A program made the position numbers and the translations under genes. A stretch of DNA of 64,000 nucleotides from Octopus vulgaris (lineage: Eukaryota), in NCBI GenBank assembly GCA_951406725.2, contig OX597825.1, positions 41,664,001-41,728,000 on the forward strand. Direction: 5' to 3'. Position 1 is the first letter of the stretch, and each line of letters starts with the position of its first letter. A model generated the notes under the pieces. It was given only the letters and a program-made list of their open reading frames with translations. It searched no databases and had not been told where the DNA came from. Positions 52,801 through 64,000 of this stretch are shown piece by piece.

Positions 52801-53343
52801 GGGGTGGGTATACATGTTAATGGCCTTTCTAGGGTTATCTTCATTACTGTTACTACTATTTCTGTCGTTACTGTTTCCATCATCAGCCTCCCTATTATTA
52901 TTGCCACCATTACCACTATCATTATTACCACTACTACTATTATTACTATTACCACCACAACTATCACTACTACCATCATTACTACTTCTACTGTTACCAC
53001 CACCACTACTACTACCACTATTATTGTTATTACCGTTATTCCTACCATTGCCATTATTGCTATCCTTCTGATTATCGCTAGTGATATTTTCATTGTTCCT
53101 GTTTCTGGTGTATGTGTTGTTCATATTAGTGTTGGAGGAAAGCACCATTGAAAAGTGTCTTGGTGCGACTATGAAAGATATCTAACAAAGGACCACAGGA
53201 GTGTGACGAAAGAACTCTGACCGAAATAAGATTAAGATTAATGTAAAAAATAAATAACACTGAAGCAAAGTAACACCAAATATATAGTGCGTGTGTTTTT
53301 ATTGGTTAAACTGGCAAAATGACCATTCCGAAATATAACAATA
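49845..53343 (-). mobile_element. near full-length PLE with inverted pLTRs
   Basis: 150-bp inverted repeats at 49845-49994 and 53194-53343. HHR-like CTGATGC-G-GTCACA-GGAG-TGTGAC-GAAA on minus at 49977-50004. Confidence 0.88.
50434..53148 (-). pseudogene. PLE RT plus GIY-YIG polyprotein, disrupted
   Basis: TDKSG, LYGLRKDHK, SMDVVSLYPSI, YAQDEGAAIG, RYVDD, PVLD, YAKP, NCKARNVVY...HVGET...H. Several frameshifts and an in-frame TGA at 50722. Confidence 0.9.
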
Positions 53344-53577
53344 TCTGTTTCAACACACGACTTCACATAAAAAATCTTGCACAACAAATATATAAATGTA
53401 TTATACCTTTTAGTTTATAATTAATATATAGTTTGCATGTTCTATAACCTCAATATTCATCTAGTTAATACCAGGTACCAGTCTTTATAGATACCACCTA
53501 ATAAATAAATAATTAAGTTTAAACGATTGAATTATTAAACAATTTCTACATAATCTTCTCTTTTCTATTGATGGTAA

Positions 53578-54779
53578 TCTCTATATATATAAAACTGAGA
53601 ATGTGTGTCTGTCTGTCTGTGTGTTTCCATAAAACTTGTGAACTACACAACCAATTTCATTCAAATTTTATACATGCCTTACTTAGGGTCCATGTAGTTT
53701 CATGGGGAAAAAAATGTTCAACTTCTTGCCTAGGGCGAGCCCATAGCAATATCATATCTTCTCCACTATTTCAGTATTACGTGTTAAAAGTGAAACAAAA
53801 ACATTTCTCTATTTTATGTCAGATACTTTCACTTTAACAATAAAGATTAGAGATAATAATAACAATTGAATTATATGTAGTAAATGATAATTAAAATCAA
53901 ACTAAAGTATAATATAATCGTAACATAACAAAAGTAAAAATAGCAATTGGTATAAAATTGCATCAATGACTTGAACTTGAATAAGTGGTTTCACATGAAT
54001 GGGAATAAATTAAAATAAATAAAATTAGCGTGCAGAAATGGAATGGTCCAAATGGAGCTGTGCACATACCGTTTACCACAGCTTTTACATTAGATTATCT
54101 GCTAATTAGCTAGCATTAAGTATCTATATGAAGTTTGGCTGTATGTAATGTCTGTTTTCTCGAACAGCCACTTCTACTGAGTACTGCTGTTGGTTTATTT
54201 CTTATACATAAAGGACTATAGCTTCAACTGCATACTGCTTTTTGATTCACCATAAGGTTTGTTGTTATTATTATTACTGTTTAACTATTGTTATCACGTT
54301 TGTTGGTTCCTCGTAAGGGAAGCGTTGTTGTGTTACATTTGTTAAATAATTGTAAACCGTAACCCTCCCCCTTTGGGATAATGAGCTTTGGTTATTGTTT
54401 AAAAATTGAATTGTGTCCCTGTTTGGGGAAATTGACAATATTTTCACCGTTTACACGGAAGTATTTTTGTTAAAATGTCTTCGATAGAAGAAAGTCCAAA
54501 AATGAATTTCGCTGCAGCCGTCGGATTGTAGCCACACTTCTATACAAGAGGGAGGACAAGATACAATTGATCAAAATTACAAGAGACGGGCTAACAATTC
54601 CAGTCTGTTATATATTTTGAGTATTGTTATCACTAGCGATATCAAGATATAACATTGTATTTTGTATTTTATGTGTAAATGTATATATATAGATGTACAT
54701 GTAATATGTACACACATATATATACACATATATACATGCACTAGCACTATGACCCGCCAACGACGGGTCATAATGCTAG
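53578..54779 (+). mobile_element. non-autonomous Helitron
   Basis: A|TC-TCTATATATATAAAA start; TGACCCG-CCAACGA-CGGGTCA hairpin then CTAG|T end; inserted at an AT site with no TSD. Confidence 0.85.
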
Positions 54780-55747
54780 TAAGGTATATATGCTTCATCA
54801 TGGTTTTAGTGATTAAGCTATTTATTCCCTTCTATGGTGTTTTACCCTACCTGATTTTATCATTATTTTTATAACAGCCTTTATGAAATTAAACCTAATT
54901 TTTGTACCCCTAAATATTTACATTAGCTAATATATAACAGCACCAGTAGCTTTACAACTTATAATATGCCTCTTAGATTATAATTAATATATAGTTTGCT
55001 TGTTCTCCTTTATTAAATGTACTCCTTTATTAAATGCCAGTAAATACCAGTGATCAATCTTCATAGATACCATCTAATAAGGAAATATTTAAGTATATGA
55101 ATAAATATTAAACTAATTCTATGTAATTTCTTTTCTCGTCCTATTGTTGTAAAGTTTGGTATATACTGAAAAGTATTCATAAATTTATCCTTTTGGTTAT
55201 AATATTCTTCTTAATATTTCTCTTGATAACCCTAAATTTTATCTTTATACAATATAACAATATTTTTAAAATCATTCAACTATAGTACCCCAAGATAAAA
55301 TTACCCCTGTATTAGCATCATTGGTTTTATTAGTCTTGCCCCTTTAACTGGTAACTAACATTTTGATTTAAGATCTTCCTTTACCAAACCTCATTATAGA
55401 CAGTTACGTTATACTACTTCAAATTAATCTTGATAAGTTTTATAACTATACCCACTATGATTCTGTCAACACCCTTGGGCCCTTTCCTAACAGACACGGC
55501 TCTTTGGTCTTAGATTTTGACATACAAAGATTTGATAAACAAGACTGTAAATTAAAACTGACCCAAAAATCAGTGACAAGCTAGATCTCTAATAAGTTTT
55601 TTCTTAGTAGCCTTTGTCTTAGTAACTTTTAAGCCGAAGTGATTACAGCATGGACTTTGTCTGTTTTCTTACTCTTTTAGAAGATTTTGGTGAAATTATA
55701 CAAATGTGTCCGATTGATTAAATTAATTCTATTTATTTATTAATTTG

Positions 55748-55833
55748 TGCAGCTGAGGATAGCTCTGCATTTAAATTGATGTAATGATTGCATTGTTCAA
55801 TTAAATGAACTCGTTTGAAACAATTGTACTGCA
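55748..55833 (+). ncRNA. type I hammerhead ribozyme with extended stem II
   Basis: TGCAG-CTGAGGA-[57 nt containing CATTTAAATTGA/TCAATTAAATG pairing]-GAAAC-AATT-GTA|CTGCA. Confidence 0.75.
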
Positions 55834-55870
55834 TCACCTTTGGATATCCTATTGCTTATTTTGATTTTAT

Positions 55871-55871
<1 letters not shown>

Positions 55872-55903
<32 letters not shown>

Positions 55904-57394
55904 GTTTAACGTCCGCTTTCCATGCTAGCATGGGTTGGATGGTTCAACTGGGGTCTGGGAAGCCAGAAGGCTGCACAGGCCCCGTATGATCTGGCAGTGT
56001 TTCTACAGCTGGATGCTCTTCCTAATGCCAACCACTCTATGATTGATGTGGTTGCTTTTTACGTGCCACCGGCACAGGTGCCAGATGAGGCCGGCAAACA
56101 GCCACGATCGGATGGTGGTTTTTATGTGCCACTGGCACGGAGGCCAGACAAAGCTGGCAATGGCCACGATCGGATGGTGCTTTTTACGTGCTACCGGCAC
56201 GGAGGCCAGTCAGGGTCGCACTGGCTATGTCCACATTCGGATGGTTCTCTTACGTGCCACCGGCACTTGTATCACAGCTACAAATTCCATTGATGTTGAT
56301 CGATTTCGATTTTGATTTTCACTTACCTCAACAGGTCTTCACAAGTAGAGTTTTGTGTCCCAAGAAGGAAAGGTATGCATAAGTGGACTGGCTACATCTC
56401 AGGTAGAGGCCACGGGGTATGGCCTCTCTTGTCCTGCCAGGTCTTCTTATGCACAGCATACTTCCAAGGATCTCCGTTTCTAGTCATTTCCTCGGTGAGA
56501 CCAAAAGTTCAAAGGTCGTGCTTCACCACCTCGTCCCAGGTTTTCCTGGGTCTACCTCTTCCACAGGTTCCCTCAACTGCTAGGGTGTGGCACTTTTTCA
56601 CACAACTATCTTCATCCGTTCTCACCACATGACCATACCAGCGCAAACGTCTCTCTTGCACACCACAACTGATGCTTCTTAGGTTCAACTTTTCTTTCAA
56701 GGTACTTACACTCTGTCGAGTATGAACACTGACATTACACATCCATCAGAGCATACTGGCTTCATTTGTTGCGAGCTTACGCATATCCTCAACAGTCACG
56801 GCCCATGTTTCACTGCCATGTAGCATGGCTGTTCGTACACATGCGTCATACAGTCTGCCTTTTACTCTGACTGAGTTTTTGACTCTCTCCCTAATCAATT
56901 GGGCAATGACCCTCTCCGTAACCTTCATTACATGATCCAACAGCTTGATACCTCTGTAATTATTTGTATCTAGGGCGTCACCTTTACCTTTGTAGCAGTT
57001 GACTATTATGCTGCTACACCAGTCATTGGGCATGACTCCTTCGTGTATCCCCTGGTTAACTATATGTGTGACCAGGCTATAGCCGAAGATGCCAGATATT
57101 TTGAGCATCCCTGGTGGGCCTGGAGCTTTCCCTGTCTTCATGCTTCTAATTGCCTTAACTACCACAGAACTGTCAATTCGGATAGCTTGTCCCTTTGTTG
57201 GGTCGGCATTCGGCAGACTCTCTTTATCCCATTCATTTTCTTTATTCAGCAAACTTTCATAGTGGTTTCTCCAAACCTCTCTCTTTGCATCCTCATTTAG
57301 CGCAAGTGAACCATCATCCATGTGAACACATTTCTCTCCTACCACATCACGATTCTCTCTCACACAGTCTTGCAACACGGACGAAATACCTCAA

Positions 57395-57395
<1 letters not shown>
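55872..57395 (-). mobile_element. RTE LINE, 5'-truncated and internally deleted, with (GAT)n tail
   Basis: ORFs 56746-57378 and 56509-56742 are homologous to 12110-13560; the RT core is absent. Confidence 0.92.
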
Positions 57396-57445
<50 letters not shown>

Positions 57446-57969
57446 AATAAACATAAATATATATATATATATATATACATATAAACATATATATATATAT
57501 ATATAAACATAAATATATACATATAAATATAAACACAAAGGCAAAATTAAAACAGTTAAATTAACTCCAAAGCCACTAAAGCACTATACTTAATGACTTA
57601 AAAAGAAGGCAAGTCCCTAAGGTTAAACTTACCTTCCTTTGTCAATCTTATAAGAAAGCCCATTGAAATCATATGCTGATTTTCAAAATGGTAAACGTGT
57701 AAGCAACGGTTTACCTAAAGCAAAATTAACAGATGTCACAAAAGTGATGGAGGGGTCTGACTAGAACTGCATATGCTAAAGTAAGAGTTAAATAAATGCC
57801 AAAGCCACTAAAGCACTATATTTAATGACTTACAAAGGGAGGCATGTCCCTAGCATATATAGCCTTGTCGCGATTTTGAATTTTGGTGTAGAGTACCTTA
57901 ATTCTCATCAGCAGCTCTTAACATCTAGGGTTAAACTCGACATCCTTTGTCAAACTTATAAGAGAAATC

Positions 57970-59720
57970 ATTATCACCATGCTGGCATGGGTTGGATGGT
58001 TTGACCAGGAAGGCAGGCTGGAAGGCTTCACAAGATTCCAGTCTAATTTGGCATGATTTTCTACAGCTGGATGCCCTTCCTAATGCTAACTACTGTGAGA
58101 GTGTAATGAATGCTTTTACGTGCTACTTGCACAGGTGCCATTTGCATGACACCAGGTGCTTTTATGTGCTACCAGTATGGGTACCAATTTGCATGACACC
58201 AGTATGTGTCATGGCTGTGATTTTGCTCTGTTTCATGGGTCTTCTTCTCAAGCACGACATAATGCCAACGGTCTTGTTCATTGCCTCCATGAGGCCCTCC
58301 TCCGAAAGGTGTTATTTATGTGCCACCAGTAAGGTTAAACTTGGCTTGATATGTCCTGTCAAGCACATCTCCAAAGGTCTTAGTCACTAGTCATTGCCTC
58401 TGTGAGGCTCAAAGGTTATGTGTCATCACTTTGTGTTATGTCTCTACCACAGGTCCTCTCCACAGTTAATGATCAGCACTTCTTTATACAGCTGTCCTCA
58501 TCCATACACATTATATGACCATACCAGTACAGTCGTCTCTCTTGCACACCACATTTGATGCCTCTTATGCCTAACTTTTTTCTCAAGATGCTTACACTCT
58601 GACGCACATGCACACTGGCACTGCATATTCAACAAAGTATACTGGTTTCATTTCTCTCAAGCATACGCATGTCCTCGCTTGTTATAGCCCATGTTTCACT
58701 AATGTACAGCATAGCAGTTCATTTTTGGACATCAAACTATCTACCTTTCACTCTGAGAGGGAGGCCCTCTGTTGCAAGCAGGGATAGGAGCTCTCTGAAA
58801 TTTGCCAAGCCTAATCTTATTCTCCCAGCCATGCTCTCAGAGATACCACCTCTACTACTAACTTGGTTGCCTAGATAACAGAAACTATCTACTACCTCTA
58901 GCTGCCCCCCACCCCCCACCCCCCGGAAGGGATTTGTGATTTGTCTGCCTTCCTACTTACTAAGATTTTGGAATTTGCTTGATTTACTCTAACACCCTTT
59001 GATTCTAGACTGTGTTTCCATACCTGTAACTTCTATAGTTCAGGCAGTGATTCAGCTATAACAAGGTCATCAGGATAGAAGTGCTCCCAGAGGCAGCTGT
59101 CTTGAATTCCTCTGTTATTGCTTGGAGGACTATGATGAACAAGAGGGGGCTAAATACCGATCCTTGGTCAATCCCTACTTCTACCCTGAATTCTTCACTG
59201 TACTCATTACCAATCCTCACCTTACGGGTTGCATCCCTATATATAGCTTGTGCAGCTTTCACCAACCACTCCTCTATTCCTAGTTTCCATATTGACTACT
59301 AGATAAGGGATCGGGTCACCCTATCATAGGCTTTCTCCAAGTCAACAAAGACCAAGTACAAAGTTCATCTTTGGCTATGTATTCCTCCTGCAGCTGCCTT
59401 ACCAGACATAGCACCAGTGATGCTTCTCCCTGGCGCAAAACAAACTGCATCTCATCTAGGCTAACTCTCTCCCTAATTAATTGGGCTATGATTCACTCTG
59501 TAACTTTCATCACCTGGTCCAGCAATTTAATATCTCTGTAATTATTTTTATCTAAGGCATCACCTTTACCTTTGTAGCAGTTGACCAAGGCACTGCTACA
59601 CCAGTCATTGGGTTTGACTTCTTTATGAACCACTTGATTTACAATACGGGTGACTAGACATCCAGATATTTTATGCATCTCAGCAGTGATTCCTGATGGG
59701 CCAGGGGATTTTCATGTCTT
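57970..59720 (-). mobile_element. older degenerate RTE LINE copy
   Basis: ORF pieces PNDWCSSALVNCYKGKGDAL, QGSVFSPLLF and DSFCYLG, plus a family-B tail. Confidence 0.88.
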
Positions 59721-60559
59721 TAATCCGTAATGCACTTCAGCCGTAATGCTCTGTGTCCAGAATGTTATTTCATCTTGTCTTCTACCCTACTAACCTGCCC
59801 TTAACAATGCACCATCTTCCACTGCCTTCAATCTGATCTTGCCATCTTCCATCCATTCCTTCCTACAAGTATGCCTGCATCCTTCATCACCTTTCCCCTA
59901 ATTACATGCATACACTCACCTATAAACACACAACCGCACATGAATGCATTGTAGTTACACACGCACACACACGTTTTCTCACTCACATAACATTTTTATC
60001 CTGCCACTCCCACTTTATTTAACAACTGTATTTAATCTTTCTGCTTTGCTTGTCTGTATTTAGCACTTGCCACCGATTTTATAGCTCCCTTCACACACAC
60101 TCTTCTCATTATATTACCTCTGCTTTGCTTCGCCCTCCAATCAAAAAAGTTCCTGTTGCAATTTTACTCTTTTTTAGTTGTTTTGCTTTGCATAATTTAC
60201 CACTAGATTTTACCAATTTACCATCCTCTGGCCCCTATCATGTAAAAGTATTTTTAAAATACTCTCTTCCTTTTAACTCCTCTACACTTGCTTACAACTT
60301 AACTTACTTTTTCACTAGTTATGTGACCCTCAGTTTTTTTCACCAGTTCTATATATATATTTCATCAAAATATATCCCATCATATTCTATTGTCTCTTGT
60401 CATCATAACACTAGAAACCCAACTCCACGCTTTGACTATTTGGCAGATCTAGAGGCAAAAAAACACTCTGCACCTGTTTTGCCTGTGCATGTATGTATGT
60501 ACCCACATGTGCCTACATGTAGAAATACACCATGATCTATACACACGCAGACAAGGGTC

Positions 60560-61500
60560 GTTTCATATGAAAAAGAAAGTAGCCAATTGAAGAAAGTGAC
60601 CACTTGCTTGTCGGAAACTTTATAGAAATTTTGCCCATGCAGGAAATAGCCTTGGCTTGGAAAAGGTAGTAATCTGGAGGTGCAATATCTGGATTGAAGG
60701 GAACACTTCCAGCCCCAGAAGTTCCTCAACTTTGCATTTGGTCACATTGGCAGTGTATGCTGGGGCATTGTTATGGTGTCAGAGTGTGTGTGTGTTTCGA
60801 TTGACTAATGCCGGATAACAGGCTTTCAAAGCATGATTTACTCGCTGCAGTTGTTGATCATAAAGATTAGTATTCCCATCACGACCATCTGGGACAGCTC
60901 AAAGTGCAACACTCCCTTCAATTTCCACCAAATGCACAACAGGACATTTTGTTCAAACCATCTTACTTTGTCAACAGGTTCTAAAGCCAACCCAGAATGA
61001 AGCCACTGATTTCTCTTATTTAGATTACGAAAATAGATCCATTTTTCCTCCCCATTTTCGATTCAACACCAGAAACAAGCAACTTGAGGATTTGCCAGCA
61101 GTTATTTGCAAATCCTCTCACGTCATTGAGTCTGGTCATTGGTCAGTTCAAGAGGAACTTCTTGACAATGCCTGGTCACATGGTACAGCTTATAGGGGTG
61201 TTGATTGATGGTGCTTTGTGAAGGACCAAGTTCTGTCGACCATGTATGAGTGCTAGTACTCGTATCTTGTTCAACCATTTGAAGCAAGACCTCATCTTCT
61301 GCAACAGAAAGTCTCCCTGACCTTGGTTCGTTTTCCGGACTGGTGTCACCTTCCTTGAAATGTCTGAACCCATTCTGTGTCATGCTTTCATTGACAGGTT
61401 CTGGGCCTTCGACATCATAAATTTCTTTTGCTGCTCCCCTTGCACTTAGAGCCGAGTGTAAAGGTAGCAGCAAGAGAAATTACCTTTAAACAACATTACC
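60560..61500 (-). pseudogene. mariner transposase relic
   Basis: AAKEIYDVEG...FRHFKEGDTSPENEPRSGR...ELGPSQSTINQH (HTH) and HNNAPAYTA (HDNARPH-like). Confidence 0.82.
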
Positions 61501-62598
61501 AACATCTTACCAGTTGGTAATGAACTCCAAATTTGGGAAAGATATTAACATGAACTGTTACCTGTCTTGGACTTGTGATCTTTAATTCATATCACATCTT
61601 GAACAGTAAGCTTTTGCTATCCAAGAGTAGATGCAATACATTCAATGAACAACAAGAAAATGGAGCTCTTAAACTCTCAAGATTCAACCATAAATGTCAA
61701 CTATGTCAGGTTTTTGTGGAAGACATAAAAAAGACTGTCCTGGGATGAATATAAACATCCTTATTGTTCTATATATGCATTCATATTAGCCCAATGAATA
61801 TTAGTGGAACTTCTACTGAGTGCAAAGACAACATGACTGATCTAGTTACTTAGGAGAGAAAGGGGAAAAAAAGTTATGCCTAATTGTGCAGTTGTGAATA
61901 ACTTTTCCAATCCCAGTGTGAAGGAAGATACTTGTGGAGAACTGCTCCAAAACCTATGCTGTCCATAAATTGATATTTATCCCAATAGTTTATTGGTATA
62001 CTTGGTTAGTAAATGTCTAAGTGACAATCTGGGAAATCTGACAAAAAAGAGACCTGGTCACATGTACATTAAATTACAATTTGTAAGAACTGCAAAAATA
62101 TGCAAGAATTTTCTAAATTTGAATATGTAACATTTATCATATTCTAACTTCCAACGACAGCACTTCTGTTCAGTGTGTGTGTGTGTGTGTGTGTAAGTGT
62201 GTGTGTGTGTGTTCATGTGTTTCCAAGATGATAAAAAAACAAGCCTAATTCATCGAGCATAATATTTGAGTATTTTACAAATTTTAACAATCTTAGATGT
62301 GAAAAAAACTAAATAGATTACTTTCTATCTTCCATGATATTTTAAACTACTACATATCAAACTTATCAAACGTGTGATTTTTAAATACACTCAGCGTTCT
62401 GATCTATACTGTGTGAAATGAGTGAAAAAGTATGTATGAGAGAGAGTGGGGAGAGAGATAATGAAGAGAGAAAGAAAAAATGAAGAGAAAGGATGAAAGA
62501 AAAAGAAAATTAGAGTGAAACAGAGAGAGAGGGGGAACACTTAAGAGACTGAGCAAAATTAATGAGAAATTAAAGGAACAAAGAAATTCATTTGATAC

Positions 62599-62724
62599 CG
62601 TAAACTGATCTTGTTTCCGTAAGTCACTCGTTCTGTTACCTTTTGATCTTCTTTGCTTCAGCCCTTTTATATTAAGGAGAACTTGGTCAAGAGTTTTTTT
62701 TCCCTCATGGATTTTTGTGAAAAT
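62599..62724 (-). CDS. candidate host coding exon, unidentified
   Basis: TTGTTCCAG acceptor, 126 nt open in phase 0 (IFTKIHEGKKTLDQVLLNIKGLKQRRSKGNRTSDLRKQDQFT), G|GTATC donor; lies in non-repetitive sequence. Confidence 0.3.
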
Positions 62725-63515
62725 CTGGAACAATAATTCATTGATAAACATCCAATTTGCTTCAAGACAAGCAGACAACAATTGATGCAACGATATATAT
62801 ATATATATATATATAAATCAAACATTACTACTGTCACATTCTTTTGTCTAGCACATGGGTAGAATAACTGCTAAACTTTATTTCTTTTGTGTCGTTTATA
62901 TAATCATAATTCAGAACAAATATTATACAAGATGTCTTTCTCCTGTAATGCTCCTCAACATCATTCTCTATATATCTACCAAACGATTACCCCACTTTTA
63001 ATTAAACAAAAATATTGTTTTTCTTTTTTTATTTTATTTATTGACTTTGACTTATGAATTAACATTGCCATAACCATAAATCTTTTCTTCGAAACCGATA
63101 TTATCACAAAGCAATTTCCTTTATCAAAACAACCTATATAAAACATTGTCATTAAACACTAACAAGATATATACTTCCACATTCTTTTCTTTACACAGGA
63201 ATGTTTTCTTTATTTTTCCTTTTTAACAATGTTATTTTAACTTCTTTTACAAGTCCAGTTCTTGTGGGTTAATTACAAATCTTCTACATCTCATTCTGAA
63301 AATGTACTACTGAATAATTGTTTGTGGTTTTGGAGACAATACATAAATGTCTGTCTATTTCTATGAGGCATAGATATATATAAAATCTCCACCAAGGTTG
63401 ACTTCGCTTTTTATCCAATTGGGGTCAATAAAATAAGTACCTGTTGAATGATGGGTTGGTATAATAGATTAGTCCCTTCCCCAAAAATTTCAGGCCTTGT
63501 GCTTTTATAGAAAGG

Positions 63516-63516
<1 letters not shown>

Positions 63517-63592
<76 letters not shown>

Positions 63593-63633
63593 CATTATTA
63601 TTATTATCATTATTATTATCATCATTATTATTA

Positions 63634-63683
<50 letters not shown>

Positions 63684-64000
63684 GAGTGAGAGAGCAGTGC
63701 ATGCCATCTAAGTAATACTATACGAAGCCCAATACACCCATCATGACTAACCACAACCATATGTGCATGACACTGGTGATCTTATATCATGATAAACAGT
63801 GCCTGACCCAGTTAGAATTTTATTCAGGCTGAGTTGCTCATCCTACTCAAAAGGTCCTTGAATAAGGTTTATTTAAGGATGATGAAGGAAACTCATGTTT
63901 CCCGAGGTGAATTCTTCAAACTCCAAAGAAGTCCTCTCAACACATGGCTATGATACTCCTCCACTACTTCTGTTCGCGATCAGAGATGCACATGTCATCA
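63517..64000 (-). mobile_element. LINE-like 3' end with (AAT)n tail
   Basis: (ATT)n at 63517-63683 abuts a unique tail whose minus strand reads DRE.K.WRSII (DRxxWR-like RTE C-terminus). Confidence 0.45.

Overview
AT-rich, microsatellite-dense eukaryotic DNA, most likely cephalopod (Octopus-like; inferred from the SINE families, the RTE copies with (GAT)n tails and the simple-repeat load). No intact host gene is recognisable, and most of the ORF track is microsatellite noise. The window holds mostly decayed retroelements and DNA transposons: RTE and CR1-like LINE fragments, a Gypsy remnant with one LTR, two RLE-type (R4/Dong-like) non-LTR fragments, two mariner relics, a Chapaev3-like transposase, Helitron/Helentron pieces and many SINEs. 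The dominant hidden theme is Penelope-like elements (PLEs) and their hammerhead ribozymes (HHRs). I read about a dozen HHR or HHR-like motifs; the best are at 48972-49016, 46873-46935 and 55748-55833, and several sit in inverted pseudo-LTR arrangements or in (TA)n tracts. The most unusual structure is 5099-8309: two 604-bp HHR-bearing inverted repeats enclose a lone gag/ORF1-like CCHC zinc-knuckle gene with no RT, a candidate Gag-only, ribozyme-flanked non-autonomous retroelement. A 277-bp TA-flanked unit with a textbook HHR (48807-49083) is a retrozyme-like candidate. All calls are by eye; no searches or folding programs were run, and repeat boundaries are approximate unless stated.
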